Assembly: GCA_030390025.1 (NCBI GenBank)
Contig: CM059438.1
Location: 69,938,001-70,002,000, forward strand
Length of the DNA stretch: 64,000 nucleotides
Direction of reading: 5' to 3'
Source of the DNA: Squalus acanthias
Lineage: Eukaryota
Below, piece after piece: positions 11,701-22,479 of this stretch (within the stretch, counting starts at the first letter, position 1; every line of letters starts with the position of its first letter). The position numbers were made by a program, and so were the translations under genes. Under the pieces are notes generated by a model. That model was given only the letters and a program-made list of their open reading frames with translations. It did no database searches and was not told where the DNA came from.

Positions 11701-12531
11701 GCAATAATACTTTTCTGGACCCACATTGCACACATCACCTGTTGCGTGCAGGACAGCAAGTGTCTGGAACTTTCTTAATGCAAAGTAGCACCTTTCTTGG
11801 ATTCTCTTTAACACTGTATAACATGCAGTATGACATCTGTCTGGAACTGTTTTACAGTGCTACAGCATAACTGAGGGGTGCTGATGACCTTTCAAGCTGC
11901 AAAGGTGATATGTGGCAGAACAGATGAAACTTAGTTTAAAGCTCAATACTCTAAGCTTTTATTTCACACATGTCTCTTCCATGCTGGCATAGGGTCTCCC
12001 ATTGAGACTGCGATGGTGTCAGCTGGGAGAAAGGAGACGTTAAAAATCACTTCAAAAAAAATAATTATTTCTTCACTTTTACTAGAAAAAACCCCGTAAT
12101 TTTGAATCAATCTTGGGTGGGCAATTCTGTGATTGCTTGACCTATTTTTCTCACATCATTACTGCAATTGTGAATGTGTTATCAGGATAAAGGTATAATC
12201 TGGCAGAAACTTCTATTGCATGGCTGATCAGTAAAATTACTACTCATAGGGTGATCCAAATTAAAAATTCCTGAACCTTTTCAAAATACTACAATAAAAT
12301 ACAAATAAATTGCATCCTTTTACCCAGTTTTGAGTTTCAATCAGTGCTACTCATGATATAGTCCAAAAGCTATTTACGGCATGCCTTGTCTGCACCTTGG
12401 CTTTAGATAGGCCTGCTGATCTGGGCATTATTGGGTCTCCATTCATGGCCTTCATTGAAATCAGATCGTCACCACATTGGGTATCGCAAGCGCAGACTGA
12501 TTGAACATTTTGAAGAGCAGCCATCAAGCAA

Positions 12532-12662
12532 TAGAAGTATATGCTGATAGAGTTAGATGAAGAGGGGTGGGAGGAGGCTCATGTGGAGCATAAACGCCGG
12601 CATAGGCCAGTTGGGCCGAATGGCCAGTTTCTGTGCTGTAGACTCGATGTAACTCTATGTAA
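12532..12662 (+). mobile_element. CR1 3' end fragment
   Basis: GTTGGGCCGAATGGCC..TTTCTGTGCTGT followed by a short repeated tail (ACTCGATGTAACTCTATGTAA). Confidence 0.7.
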
Positions 12663-13053
12663 GACATTGGTTGGGATTGAGCCCATTGAGAAAAAGTTAG
12701 CAAGTAGCTATGACCAAAAGTTTATTAAATTCACGACTCCAACCGAAGTGACCACTCGTATGCACAGCCTTCTCCCTCCTCTCCCCCTTCCCAGGCCTAA
12801 CTAATTCCCAGAAACCAGGGCCAAACAAGGTTTTTCAACTCCTTGACCTTAGTTGCTCCCAGTGTAAGCACTGTCATTTCTAGAAACCTGGATATATCAA
12901 TGTGCTCCTTCTGCAAGCATCATAAATCATAATGTATGATGGCTTCATATGTTAGAAATATGAATGTTCACTTTGGAGAGTTCAATTTGAATAAAAAGTA
13001 TGCAATTCCATGGTGAATGGGTGAAAACGACATCACCTTGTGACAAACACGTT

Positions 13054-13242
13054 GGAGGTCATTTTAATTGAACCCGCCCGGCGGGAAACTGACAGGATCC
13101 AATCACCCGCCTGTTTTAAAATCCTTCTGATTTTACTTTCCATTCACTTCACTGGACAATAAAATCAGGCAGAGTGTAAAACGGGTGCTCGATCTGATCC
13201 TATCAGTTTCCTGCTTGGACAGGTTAGGTTAAAACGACCCCC
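13054..13242. mobile_element. Small palindromic MITE
   Basis: GGAGGTCATTTTAA..GGAAACTGACAGGATC vs GATCCTATCAGTTTCC..TTAAAACGACCCCC; arms are imperfect inverted repeats. Confidence 0.65.
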
Positions 13243-13357
13243 TTTTGATTCTAGTGCAATGATATGATTAGCTGCTTTACAGATTGTCCATTGGAACCTC
13301 TGTTAAGATAGATAAGTCGCACAACACCAGGTTATAGTCCAACAGATTTATTTAATT

Positions 13358-13396
13358 TTACAAGCTTTCGGAGCAGTTCGCTCCTTCGTCAGGTAA
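13358..13396 (-). ncRNA. Minimal type-I hammerhead ribozyme motif (left arm)
   Basis: Exact reverse complement of 14245-14283. Confidence 0.8.
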
Positions 13397-13632
13397 GTTT
13401 AGCAGTGAGAGAATCTCCCAGAATTCACAATTTAAACACAGACAAAATATATTCAAATCTTTCCCACATCAAAGAGCATAGCCAAGACAATGAGATGTGT
13501 CCCAGGGGGTCCAACGTGTCAAACCACCTGCTGGCTGCATATCCTGTCAATCTGTGTAGGTTCTTGTGTTAGCCTTTTTAAAAAAAAAACACCTGGGAAG
13601 ACCGGCCATGATGTCAAGTCACGTTCTGTATC

Positions 13633-14022
13633 ATGGACACAGATACCATCATCACACGTGAGGACACTACCCACCAGGTACACGGTACATACTCATGTGA
13701 CTCGGCCAACGTTGTCTACCTGATACGTTGCAGTAAAGGATGCTCCAGAGCATGGTACATCGGCGAGACCATGCAGACACTGAGACAACGTATGAACGGA
13801 CACCGCGCAACAATCGCCAGGCAGGAGGGTTGCCTCCCAGTTGGGGAACACTTCAGCAGCCAGGGGCATTCAGCCTCGGATATGCGGGTAAGCGTTCTCC
13901 AAGGCGGCCTTCGAAATACACGACAGCGCAAAATCATAGAGCAGAAACTGATAGCCAAGTTCCGCACTCATGAGGAGGGCCTCAATCGCGATATCGGGTT
14001 CATGTCACGATACAGAACGTGA
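13633..14022 (+). CDS. GIY-YIG endonuclease domain of Penelope-like element (129 aa, no RT)
   Basis: Motifs NVVYLIRC..C..WYIGET..LRQRMNGH..VGEHF..H..E..I..GLN, typical of PLE GIY-YIG; uninterrupted frame. Expression unknown. Confidence 0.85.
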   Translation: MDTDTIITREDTTHQVHGTYSCDSANVVYLIRCSKGCSRAWYIGETMQTLRQRMNGHRATIARQEGCLPVGEHFSSQGHSASDMRVSVLQGGLRNTRQRKIIEQKLIAKFRTHEEGLNRDIGFMSRYRT

Positions 14023-14244
14023 CTTGACATCATGGCCGGTCTTCCCAGGTGTTTTTTTTAAAAAAAGGCTAACACAAGAACCTACACAGATTGACAGGAT
14101 ATGCAGCCAGCAGGTGGTTTGACACGTTGGACCCCCTGGGACACATCTCATTGTCTTGGCTATGCTCTTTGATGTGGGAAAGATTTGAATATATTTTGTC
14201 TGTGTTTAAATTGTGAATTCTGGGAGATTCTCTCACTGCTAAAC

Positions 14245-14283
14245 TTACCTGACGAAGGAGCGAACTGCTCCGAAAGCTTGTAA
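14245..14283 (+). ncRNA. Minimal type-I hammerhead ribozyme motif (right arm)
   Basis: UUAC-CUGACGA-A-GGAGC(GAACU)GCUCC-GAA-AGCU-U-GUAA; helix I UUAC/GUAA. Confidence 0.8.
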
Positions 14284-14716
14284 AATTAAATAAATCTGTT
14301 GGACTATAACCTGGTGTTGTGCGACTTCTCAAGATAGATTATGTAAGACATAATGGGCTAGAAATTCGTTACAGCCAAGGAATGGGCGGTGTTAGGACTA
14401 AAAATAGTGAATTAGCACCAGCTGAAAATGGTCGAAACTGCATGTAAAGTTCATCCTCACTGCTCAATAAAATGATTTCAGTCTTTAACACAGCCTAAAA
14501 ACCCAAGCTCATAGGTGTTACACTTAAAGGCTGGACCAATATCAGGGGCAGTCTAATCGCAAGTCATGATTGCCACAGGCTTTTTGCACTACTTAAAGGG
14601 GAGGTTCATTGATGCTGCAGCACCTCATTCTCAGCATTGTTGGCTGTGCAGCTGCCTCAACAAGCATAATAAGAAGGACAAGGACAAGGAGAAGGAGCAC
14701 TTACTTACAAATCCTG

Positions 14717-14959
14717 ATGGCGGATTTTCACCCCAGGGAGAGAGCCCGCAGGTTTTCCCATGAAGCTTTGGAGGCATTGGTTTTAGCGATGGAGAGAAGA
14801 CGGCTGGTCCTGTACCCACCAACTGGCAGGAGGCCTTAGTGCGGCAGACTTGTGGCGATGTGGAGGGAGGTGGCACACCACATCACGGACATCACTGTGG
14901 TCCCCAGGACCCACACCCAGTGCAGGAATAACTTTAACAAGCTTACACGGGTGGGCAGG
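14717..14959 (+). pseudogene. Myb/SANT-like (trihelix) DNA-binding domain, Harbinger second gene, one in-frame stop
   Basis: MADFHPRERARRFSHEALEALVLAMERRRLVLYP..RRP*..WREVAHHIT..PRTHTQCRNNFNKLTR. TAG at 14837-14839, same frame continues; GTGAGT donor at 14960. Confidence 0.8.
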
Positions 14960-15369
14960 GTGAGTGAAGGATTCAACAAATGCTACACACCACCATCTGT
15001 ACCACAAGCTTCACACACTGCTCAATGCATCACACCCCCAGCATTCACCCACCAACAATCTCTACCTACCAACACTCACACCTTGCCCACAATGACAGCT
15101 GTTGGACTATGGCAGGCACAAGGGTCATTAGTTATTCGAATGCATGTGATATGTGTGATATGTTTATGCATAAATTTATTAATAGAGTTTGGAATATTTT
15201 GTGGTGTCTCTCATTTCTCCTTTGCGCCCAGGAGGACGTTGTGATATGGCATGAAACAGGGATGGTATAATGGGGATGTGGTGAGCAACGGGGATCTGGA
15301 GTTTCATTCATTCAAATCAGAGTCTGATGAGCCGGTCATGGACTGCCCATCCGGAAGCCCGATTGTCCG

Positions 15370-15504
15370 GCTGCCTCCTCCCTCCCTCCTATTCCTCGTC
15401 TTCTTTCTCCTCCCTCTGCGCACATGTTCCCATCTTCCTCGTTGCCTCCGCTCCCTCCGCCATAGATCCTGGAGGGCGAGCTGGACTGCCAGTACAGCCC
15501 CCAT
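15370..15504 (-). pseudogene. Possible N-terminal remnant of Harbinger transposase
   Basis: MGAVLAVQLALQDLWRRERRQRGR.., a hydrophobic then Arg-rich start, convergent with the Myb gene; no DDE domain present. Confidence 0.4.
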
Positions 15505-16297
15505 GACTTTTAGCAAGTGTTGTAGGTTGAATCTTTCAACAATAAATTTTGCACTTTTCTACTTGCCACAATACTTCTGATACCAAAGAACCTTCAAATC
15601 ACTAAATAAAACTGTTGCAGTATCAGGAACTAACACACAGGCACTGAAACTTCACTCACCTGTCAGGTGCGAGTGATTGGGGCTAATCTCTTTAAATAAC
15701 ATCCCTGGAGTCGGCTTCCTGGTGCTGCATGCCAGCTCTCCCTGTCGTTGTTAACTCCAGGCAGTGAGGTAAGTGGCGAGAAGCAATTTGACAGATCGGG
15801 CGTTGAATGAGCGTTACACACTCACTGATGTCACGATGTCCCTGGCATTGAAGTCCCCGGCGATCGCTGTTACTGGCAGTGCTACAGGGAGGGTCCCGAT
15901 TTGACGTGCGGCACTGGATTTGACAGGAGCTGTTGATACAGCTCTCAACACCGCATTAGCGCCATCTACTGGTGCTAACAGGACGAATTTTTCCCCCAGT
16001 GCATCCACAATCCTAATAAGCAATTGATATTCAAAGAGTATCAATCCAATCTTTTCCATATTTTCCCAACTGGTACACATTAGAGAATTGGATTGGAATT
16101 TGACATTCACTTTTGAGGTTTATAAGATGCCTAAATTAGTTTGAATTTGAAATGTCTTGCATAATCCAGTCCAAATGATTTTAATAGTGATGCAAGCCAA
16201 ATCAATCATAACTGCACTGTAGTACAACACTAAGTATCATTAACTGCTCCTTGCCTAAGTTATCAAAGATAAAGTCAGACACATTAAGTGACGCAAT

Positions 16298-16962
16298 GGC
16301 CTCGATTTTTACAGGGAGACAGGAAGGGTGCTTGGGATCTTGATAGTGGGCGACAGCCCCGGCAAGGTCGGGGACATGGAGGCCCTGCCGATCTTAACGG
16401 CAGGGCTTCATTTGAATAAATATTTACAGAGTCCCGCCCGACACTCGGCCAGATTGTCTACCTACCTGGCCGGCGGGCAGGAGTGGGAATCTGGTGGCAG
16501 GAGGCAAATAGCAACAGGTTTAAAGTGTTGAAGCAGCTGAAGATATTCAAAATACAAAGGGTTACGCTGGATGTACTGTTATCATTTTCAGTCGCTGTCC
16601 TGGATCACGTCTCCTCTGATCTCTTTTGCTTTTGGGTCAGTGTATTGAGGGGATTCCCTCACATCACGGAGGGAAGGGCGGGCCAGGGTTTCTTTTCAAC
16701 CAAGATCGGGGGAATTCTGGGCTTCTTAAGAGGCCTGGGGGGAGCACTTCTGCTCCTGGGCCTCTTCTGGCCAGTCGGCTCCTCACGCCCTGTTGCCGGG
16801 TTGCAGACTCTTGAATCTTAAGTAGGCCCCCACCTGCTTTTAGCGAGAGCCTCATCCAGGGCAGGAACGCGGCAGCTTGGAGGTGGGATCTCGATTTTTA
16901 GTATTTAAACCATTTCCTGCCTGCCTGGTGGGGGGGGCGGGGCGCAGTTTAAAATTGAGGCC
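16298..16962. mobile_element. Harbinger-like MITE
   Basis: TIRs GGCCTCGATTTT / AAAATTGAGGCC; 3-bp AAT on both flanks. Confidence 0.75.
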
Positions 16963-17475
16963 AATTTTATTGAACAACATCGATGATAACACAATTAATA
17001 TCACAAGGTTAAGATTTGCAGATTAATCATTGGATATGTATTCCTAATGGACAGAGTCTAGATCTTCGTGGGCACAATTGAAGTGTGTCACAGTATCTCA
17101 GCATTAGCTGGGATTGCTTTATAATGGTATAACAGTTATGTTCAATGTTCAAGATGACAATGCATTTTAACAAGACAAAGTTGACAGTTTGAATCCAATG
17201 AATCATTGATAAGTTTCTAGTATTTGAGTATTCTGTCTGTCTCTCTAATATAATCATCAGGCATACAACCTTGTCCTTCTAGTAGATTGCTCTTGGCATG
17301 TTGGGTAGTTACACCTGCCTCTGCAAGGCTTGGTTTCATCTCTGGCAATGCCTATGGCACGTCGCCATCCATGGCCATTGTCTTCTTTCTTGTCACCACA
17401 AGGCCGAAGCCCATTAAACCCAGCAGCCTTGATCTTTGTAGTGTAAGCAGTTCAGAGGCTTCAAAAATCAATTAT

Positions 17476-17932
17476 GGGTGGGTGGGTGGGAGGACAAAGC
17501 TGGGGCGGACGATCTTGCTCCTGAGTCTGGAAGGGGACCCGGTGTAGTAGCGATGGCTGATACGCCGAGTGAGTGGAGGCATACCCTGTCCCCAAAAGCA
17601 CATGTGAACCGCACCAGTGAGGTCCAGGCCGCGCAAGCAGACAGGATCCCCGAAGGTTTCAAAATATTTTTAAAAGAAATATCTCAGCTTGGACCCCTTT
17701 CCCGGCGTATAATTCCTATGACCATGGTCATGGTGGGTGTCGGAGTTCCCAACAAGCATGGGCAAGCAGACACCAGGGATGCACCTGAAGTGCGACTTGC
17801 ACCCACCTGACCCGTGCTAATGAGATGCCCTCCCAATTAACCCAACAAACTCTAGCTGGGTCATCTCTAGAGAGCATTATTGGGCATGTCCCAGTGATTG
17901 CACAGAGTCCGCATCACGAGGATTTCGGGACC
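17476..17932. repeat. GC-rich MITE-like interspersed repeat
   Basis: Abrupt GC/CpG-rich block ending GGATTTCGGGACC; TIRs not clearly intact. Confidence 0.35.
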
Positions 17933-18748
17933 AAAGTCTTTTACAGATTGAACTTGAAATGATTCTTCTTGGCTGTTTTCTAATGGATCTTTGAAGTGTT
18001 GCCTTGTTTGCTAATCAAAGCTCAAAGCAATGAAATCATTTATTTTGCCCTTGTTTGTGTCCGTGTGTGTATGTTTTCCCATCAAGATTAGGCATGACCG
18101 TGCTGGGCAATGGAACATTTTTCCCATTTTGCACCCGGTAATAGTCAAATTCTTGTCAATTAGTGTCAAACTCGAGGATGGTTTTGTGCTGCGTGGCTTC
18201 CTGTCTGGTGGGAATTAAGTTGAGACTGACCAGACTCTGTGTGCTCTATCACAGCTGTCAGCGAAGAGAGCTTCATCTCATCTGTCTGAACTGGATTCAA
18301 AGCCGCATCCCTCAGTGTGAGGCAACAACATTCTAACATAGCATTCCACTTACTCTCTTTAATATAATGGCCTGAGATAGTTGGAGTAATAAACAGCAGT
18401 CCCGCACAGGCAGAGGTAAGCATCCATCTCTTTTCAACACTAAATACCATTTTGGTGTCGGTGGAATGTTTGTATCACATTAATAATTCACAGCAGACTA
18501 TTAATTATTAACTTTACGTCTTTCTGTATTCAGTTCCTGTACTACTTTAAACAGCCACGGTTATAATTTTCCGGAGCAGCACCACGGTCATTTGTTCGGA
18601 TGAGTGAATGTTTACAAAGTGCAGTGCGACATAAAGTAAATTAATGCTGCAATATAATAAACCATCATCAACTGTGTTTTAAAAAAAAAATGAAATATAT
18701 TATAAACTCGGAACAGTGTAACCATAAACCAAACCAAATTTCAATACA

Positions 18749-19086
18749 ACAGCAAAATACTGCAGATGCTAGAAATCTGAAATAACAACAGAAAATGCTG
18801 GCCAGGCAGCATCCGTGGAGAGAGAAACAGAGTCAACCCTTCATCAGAACTGGAAAAGGTTAGAGATGTAACAGATTTTAAGCAAGCGTAGGGGCAGGGA
18901 AAGAGGGTGGGGAGGAAGGAATTGAAGGAATAGTCTGTGCTAGGGTAGGAGGCAGAAGTGGTTAAATGTTGCAAATGGGGATGGCAGAATCATCAACAGC
19001 CGCCTGAAAAATGGGGGCAGGGGTTATAGTCTGAAACTGTTGCTGCCTGGCCTGCTGAGTGCTTCCAGCATTTTCTGTTGTTATTT
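18749..19086 (-). mobile_element. PLE-derived fragment with short inverted end and 14-bp TSD; hammerhead partly deleted
   Basis: CAAATTTCAATACA at 18735-18748 and 19087-19100; inverted TGAAATAACAACAGAAAATGCTGG / CCAGCATTTTCTGTTGTTATTTCA; similar to 34604 and 45438. Confidence 0.75.
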
Positions 19087-19377
19087 CAAATTTCAATACA
19101 CACTGATGGCTGGAAGGCATAGCATCTGTTTCAAGGTATTACCGAGTCTGCATTCTCAAATTTAAATAAACTTTTTAATTCTGAAGAGGCAGGTTTTGGT
19201 TTCTCTTAACAAGAGGTTACTTTCTTCAGCTCAGTTACAGGCCATATCAATAACACGTAGCCCAATGAAGTCCATGTTTAGTCTCCAACCCCATTCTTTT
19301 CACTTCAATCTTTTCATTTGATCAATGCGATGATGGTCAGTGCTTCTTTCTTATTCCTCCTCATCTCCAAATATATT

Positions 19378-20854
19378 GGGCCAGAATTTGCTGGGAAAAC
19401 AACAAGAGAGTTTAATGCGCTCGACATTATTAACGTGTGAATAACCCAGCAATTTGTGGCGAGGAAGAGATACCCCGTGAGTTGCGAATTGCCACAAATT
19501 GCTGGATGATTTGCGCCGCTCCGCCCTTGCGAAAAGTGGAGCTCGCCGTCAACCTTCTTGAGTGTCAAGAAATTGCTACATTCCCAGAAAGGGAACAATT
19601 GAAACTGTGGAGTCTCATTCCTGCAGATATAAATTGTACCGAGAAGTTTTTTACATTTTTTTTTCTTACTTTTCTTTTCTGTCTCTTTTTTTCTCTCGCT
19701 CTCTATTTCTCTTTCTGTATGTAATTTGACTCTAATTCACCCTATTACCTTCTCCGTCATTCCTCTGTTTCTTTCATATCCTTAAACTCATTGGTTAAGG
19801 AGATAGACTGTTGGCCCCATCATTCACCAAGGTCCCAGATGTCCCATTGCACCCAATTTTTAAAAAATTAATTCATGGGATGTGGATGTCTTTGGCAAGG
19901 CCAGCATTTATTGCCCATCCCTAATTGTCTTTGAGAAGGTGGTGGTGAGCCGCCGCCTTGAACTGCTGCAGTCCGTGTGGTGAAGGTACTCCCATAGTGC
20001 TGTTAGGTAGGGAGTTCCAGGATTTTAGACCCAGCGACGATGAAGGAACGGTAATATATTTCCAAGTCAGGATGGTGTGTGATTTGGAAGGGAACTTGGA
20101 AGTGATGGTGTTCCCATGCGCCTGCTGCGTTTGACCTTCTAGGTGGTAGAGGTTGCGGTTTTGGGAGGTATTGTCGAAGAAGCCTTGGTGAGTTGCTGCA
20201 TTGCATCTTGTAGATGGTACACACTTCAGCCACGGTGCGCCAGTGGTGGAGGGAGTGAATGTTTAAGGTGGTGGATGGGGTGCCAATCAAGCAGACTGCC
20301 TTGTCCTGGATGGTGTTGAACTTCTTGAGTGTTGTTGCAGCTGCACTCATCCAAGCAAGTGGAGAGTATTCCATCACACTCCTGACTTGTGCCTTGTAGA
20401 TGGTGGAAAGGCTTTGGGGAGTCAGGAGGTGAGACATTCGCCGGAGAATACCCAGCCTCTGACCTGCTCTTGTGGCCACAGTATTTATGTGGCTGGTCCA
20501 GTTAAGTACCTGGTCAATGGTGACCCCCCAGGATGTTGATGGTGGGGGATTCGGTGATGGTAATGCTGTTAAATGTCAAAGGATGGTGGTTGGGTTCTCT
20601 CTTGTTGGAGATAGTCATTGTCTGGCAATGTGTGGCGTGAATGTTATTTGCCACTTATCAGCCCAAGTCTGAATGTCGTCCAGTTCTTGCTGCATGCGGG
20701 CACGGACTGCTTCATTATCTGAGGAGTTGCAAATGGATATTAACTGGTACTTCCAGCAATTTGCGGCACAAAATTTTTTCGAGCTGAAGGGTGAGGAAAA
20801 AATCTCATAAACGGAACACGCCACGAGTTGCCCTGCTCCAGCAAGTTCTGGGCC
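19378..20854. mobile_element. Harbinger-like MITE interrupted by a LINE
   Basis: TIRs GGGCCAGAATTTGCTGG / CCAGCAAGTTCTGGGCC; related to 55266-56583. Confidence 0.7.
19858..20735 (-). mobile_element. L2/Crack-type LINE 3' fragment
   Basis: ORF MATRAGQRLGILRR..TIYKAQVRSVMEYSPLAW (RT C-terminal region); 3' tail GCAATAAATGCTGGCCTTGCC..; same family as 27640-28758. Confidence 0.85.
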
Positions 20855-20939
20855 AATGTGTCAAGGCACTCTGTTTCTTTGATGCATCCTCACTGCATTG
20901 AAATCAAGACTCATCACAGCATCTCCTATGTCTTTCAAT

Positions 20940-21190
20940 GAGATGTTAAAATGTCTGCCTGTTTAGATGTGAAAGATTCCATGGCATGACTCAAAAAAGA
21001 CCAGTTTCCTGCCAACGCTTATACCTGTACCAAGACCACCATCTCATCTTGCTGTTTGTTGGACCTCATGCGCAAACTGGCTGCTGTGTTTTCTTAATAA
21101 CAATGACTACATTTCAAAACAATTCATTGGCTGTGCTTTGGAATGTTCTGGGGATGTGAAAGGCATTATATACATACAAATTCTTCTGTC
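20940..21190 (+). mobile_element. Degenerate DeuSINE 3' part
   Basis: GAGATGTTAAA..AAAGATTCCATGGCA..GTGAAAGGCATTATATA similar to the 11152 SINE. Confidence 0.55.
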
Positions 21191-22479
21191 TTTCAATTCT
21201 TTTTAGCTCTTTATTTCCAGAACCGCTAAAGTACATAGTTCCCTTCCTTCTATTTGTTCCCTCCCAACCTGTGGCTTGATCACATTTCCCAAGTAGTGCA
21301 AGATCTGGTAACAGACCCAGCACCTCCAACTGGGTGAAAGGTTACTGGATCCTTATTTTTTGTAATCCAGAGGAATGAGGGGATTTCACCTTTACAAACC
21401 CCATATAACTCCTGTGACTCCATTCTCTGCAGACTGTTTTATAATTCCTGAAAGATTGAGCCTTGTGGCGTCAAAAGCTTCCGAACGATTAAATTTCATT
21501 CTCATTTTAGAAGCTCTGTGAATCTTTTCCTGGCGGCTCGTGCACTTGAGAGCTGTCAGAAATTGAACAGAATCTTTTTTCAAACAATACATTTGCCCCT
21601 CAGTCTAATCCCTCCCTCCATGTCTCACCTTGCCGCACATCCAAGGCTAAGGCTTCCAAGCTTTGGGCTATGTCCTGGAAATTACAGCTGGAATATATGC
21701 TGGAACATCACAGGTTGACCTGGTCCCCCCTCAGCACCTGTGCTTGGTGCTGACCTTCAATAACCTGGCAGAGATGCCAAACTGACTCTGGGAGAGAGAG
21801 GGGCAATCAGCAAGGCAATGCTAGTAAACTCTCTTGTCCCCTCAGGACATCCCTTGACTATCTTTTAAACTTGACAAAAAGAGATGGATCAAGTTTTTAC
21901 AAAAATATATTTATTGTGTAGGTGAAACTCAAGATGAATTGGAATGGGGGCGGGGAAGAACATGTTTGGTGTGTTACAGTATTAAAATACAATAAATCTA
22001 TGTTGATATTTTTTTAATTAGATGAGATCAAGTATATTTAGCATTGCTACAAAATTTGAAGTACGATCTAATGCATGGTACTGGAGATAACCTTCCAGTT
22101 GCACTGCTAGATCTTATCTCTGCTCCCGCATGCTTTTTAATTTACCATGGACTAGTTTATCTCCCCAGACATTGCTCTCTGAGTTGGAAGATATAGTAGG
22201 GGCATGCGAGAGATGCGACAGTAAAGGGATTGGTGGTTAAGGGTTTATTGATTGGTTCTAAAACCAATAAGGGTAGATAGATGACTGTACAGGTTTTTGG
22301 ATCAGATCAATCAATAAGGAGTTTTTGGGTTACTGATACTGTGCATGTGTATCTCAAAAATTGTATATACAGTAGCAGATCTCCTTTGATGGTATGAATG
22401 GTGATTCTTGCCTTTTTGTTGCTTTTTGCCTACACTACTTGTAGTGCTTTGTGTTACAGGTAGATATTTACTGTCAGTA

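Larger units (their letters stand above)
13314..14330 (+). mobile_element. Fold-back Penelope-like retroelement: inverted pLTR, GIY-YIG 3' segment, pLTR
   Basis: 319-bp inverted repeats 13314-13632 / 14009-14327 differing only in a T/A homopolymer; TSD AAGATAGAT at 13305-13313 and 14331-14339; GIY-YIG ORF; hammerhead in each arm. Confidence 0.92.
14355..15997. mobile_element. Internally deleted PIF/Harbinger transposon
   Basis: Imperfect TIRs GGGCTAGAAATTCGT / ACGAATTTTTCCCCC, flanked by AAT/AGT; contains a Myb/SANT exon and a convergent basic ORF start. Confidence 0.7.

Noticed and set aside
13314..14330. DNA transposon with long TIRs
   Set aside because: The internal ORF is a PLE-type GIY-YIG rather than a DDE transposase; the arm overlaps the ORF end; a solo arm fragment with a different TSD length occurs at 6037.
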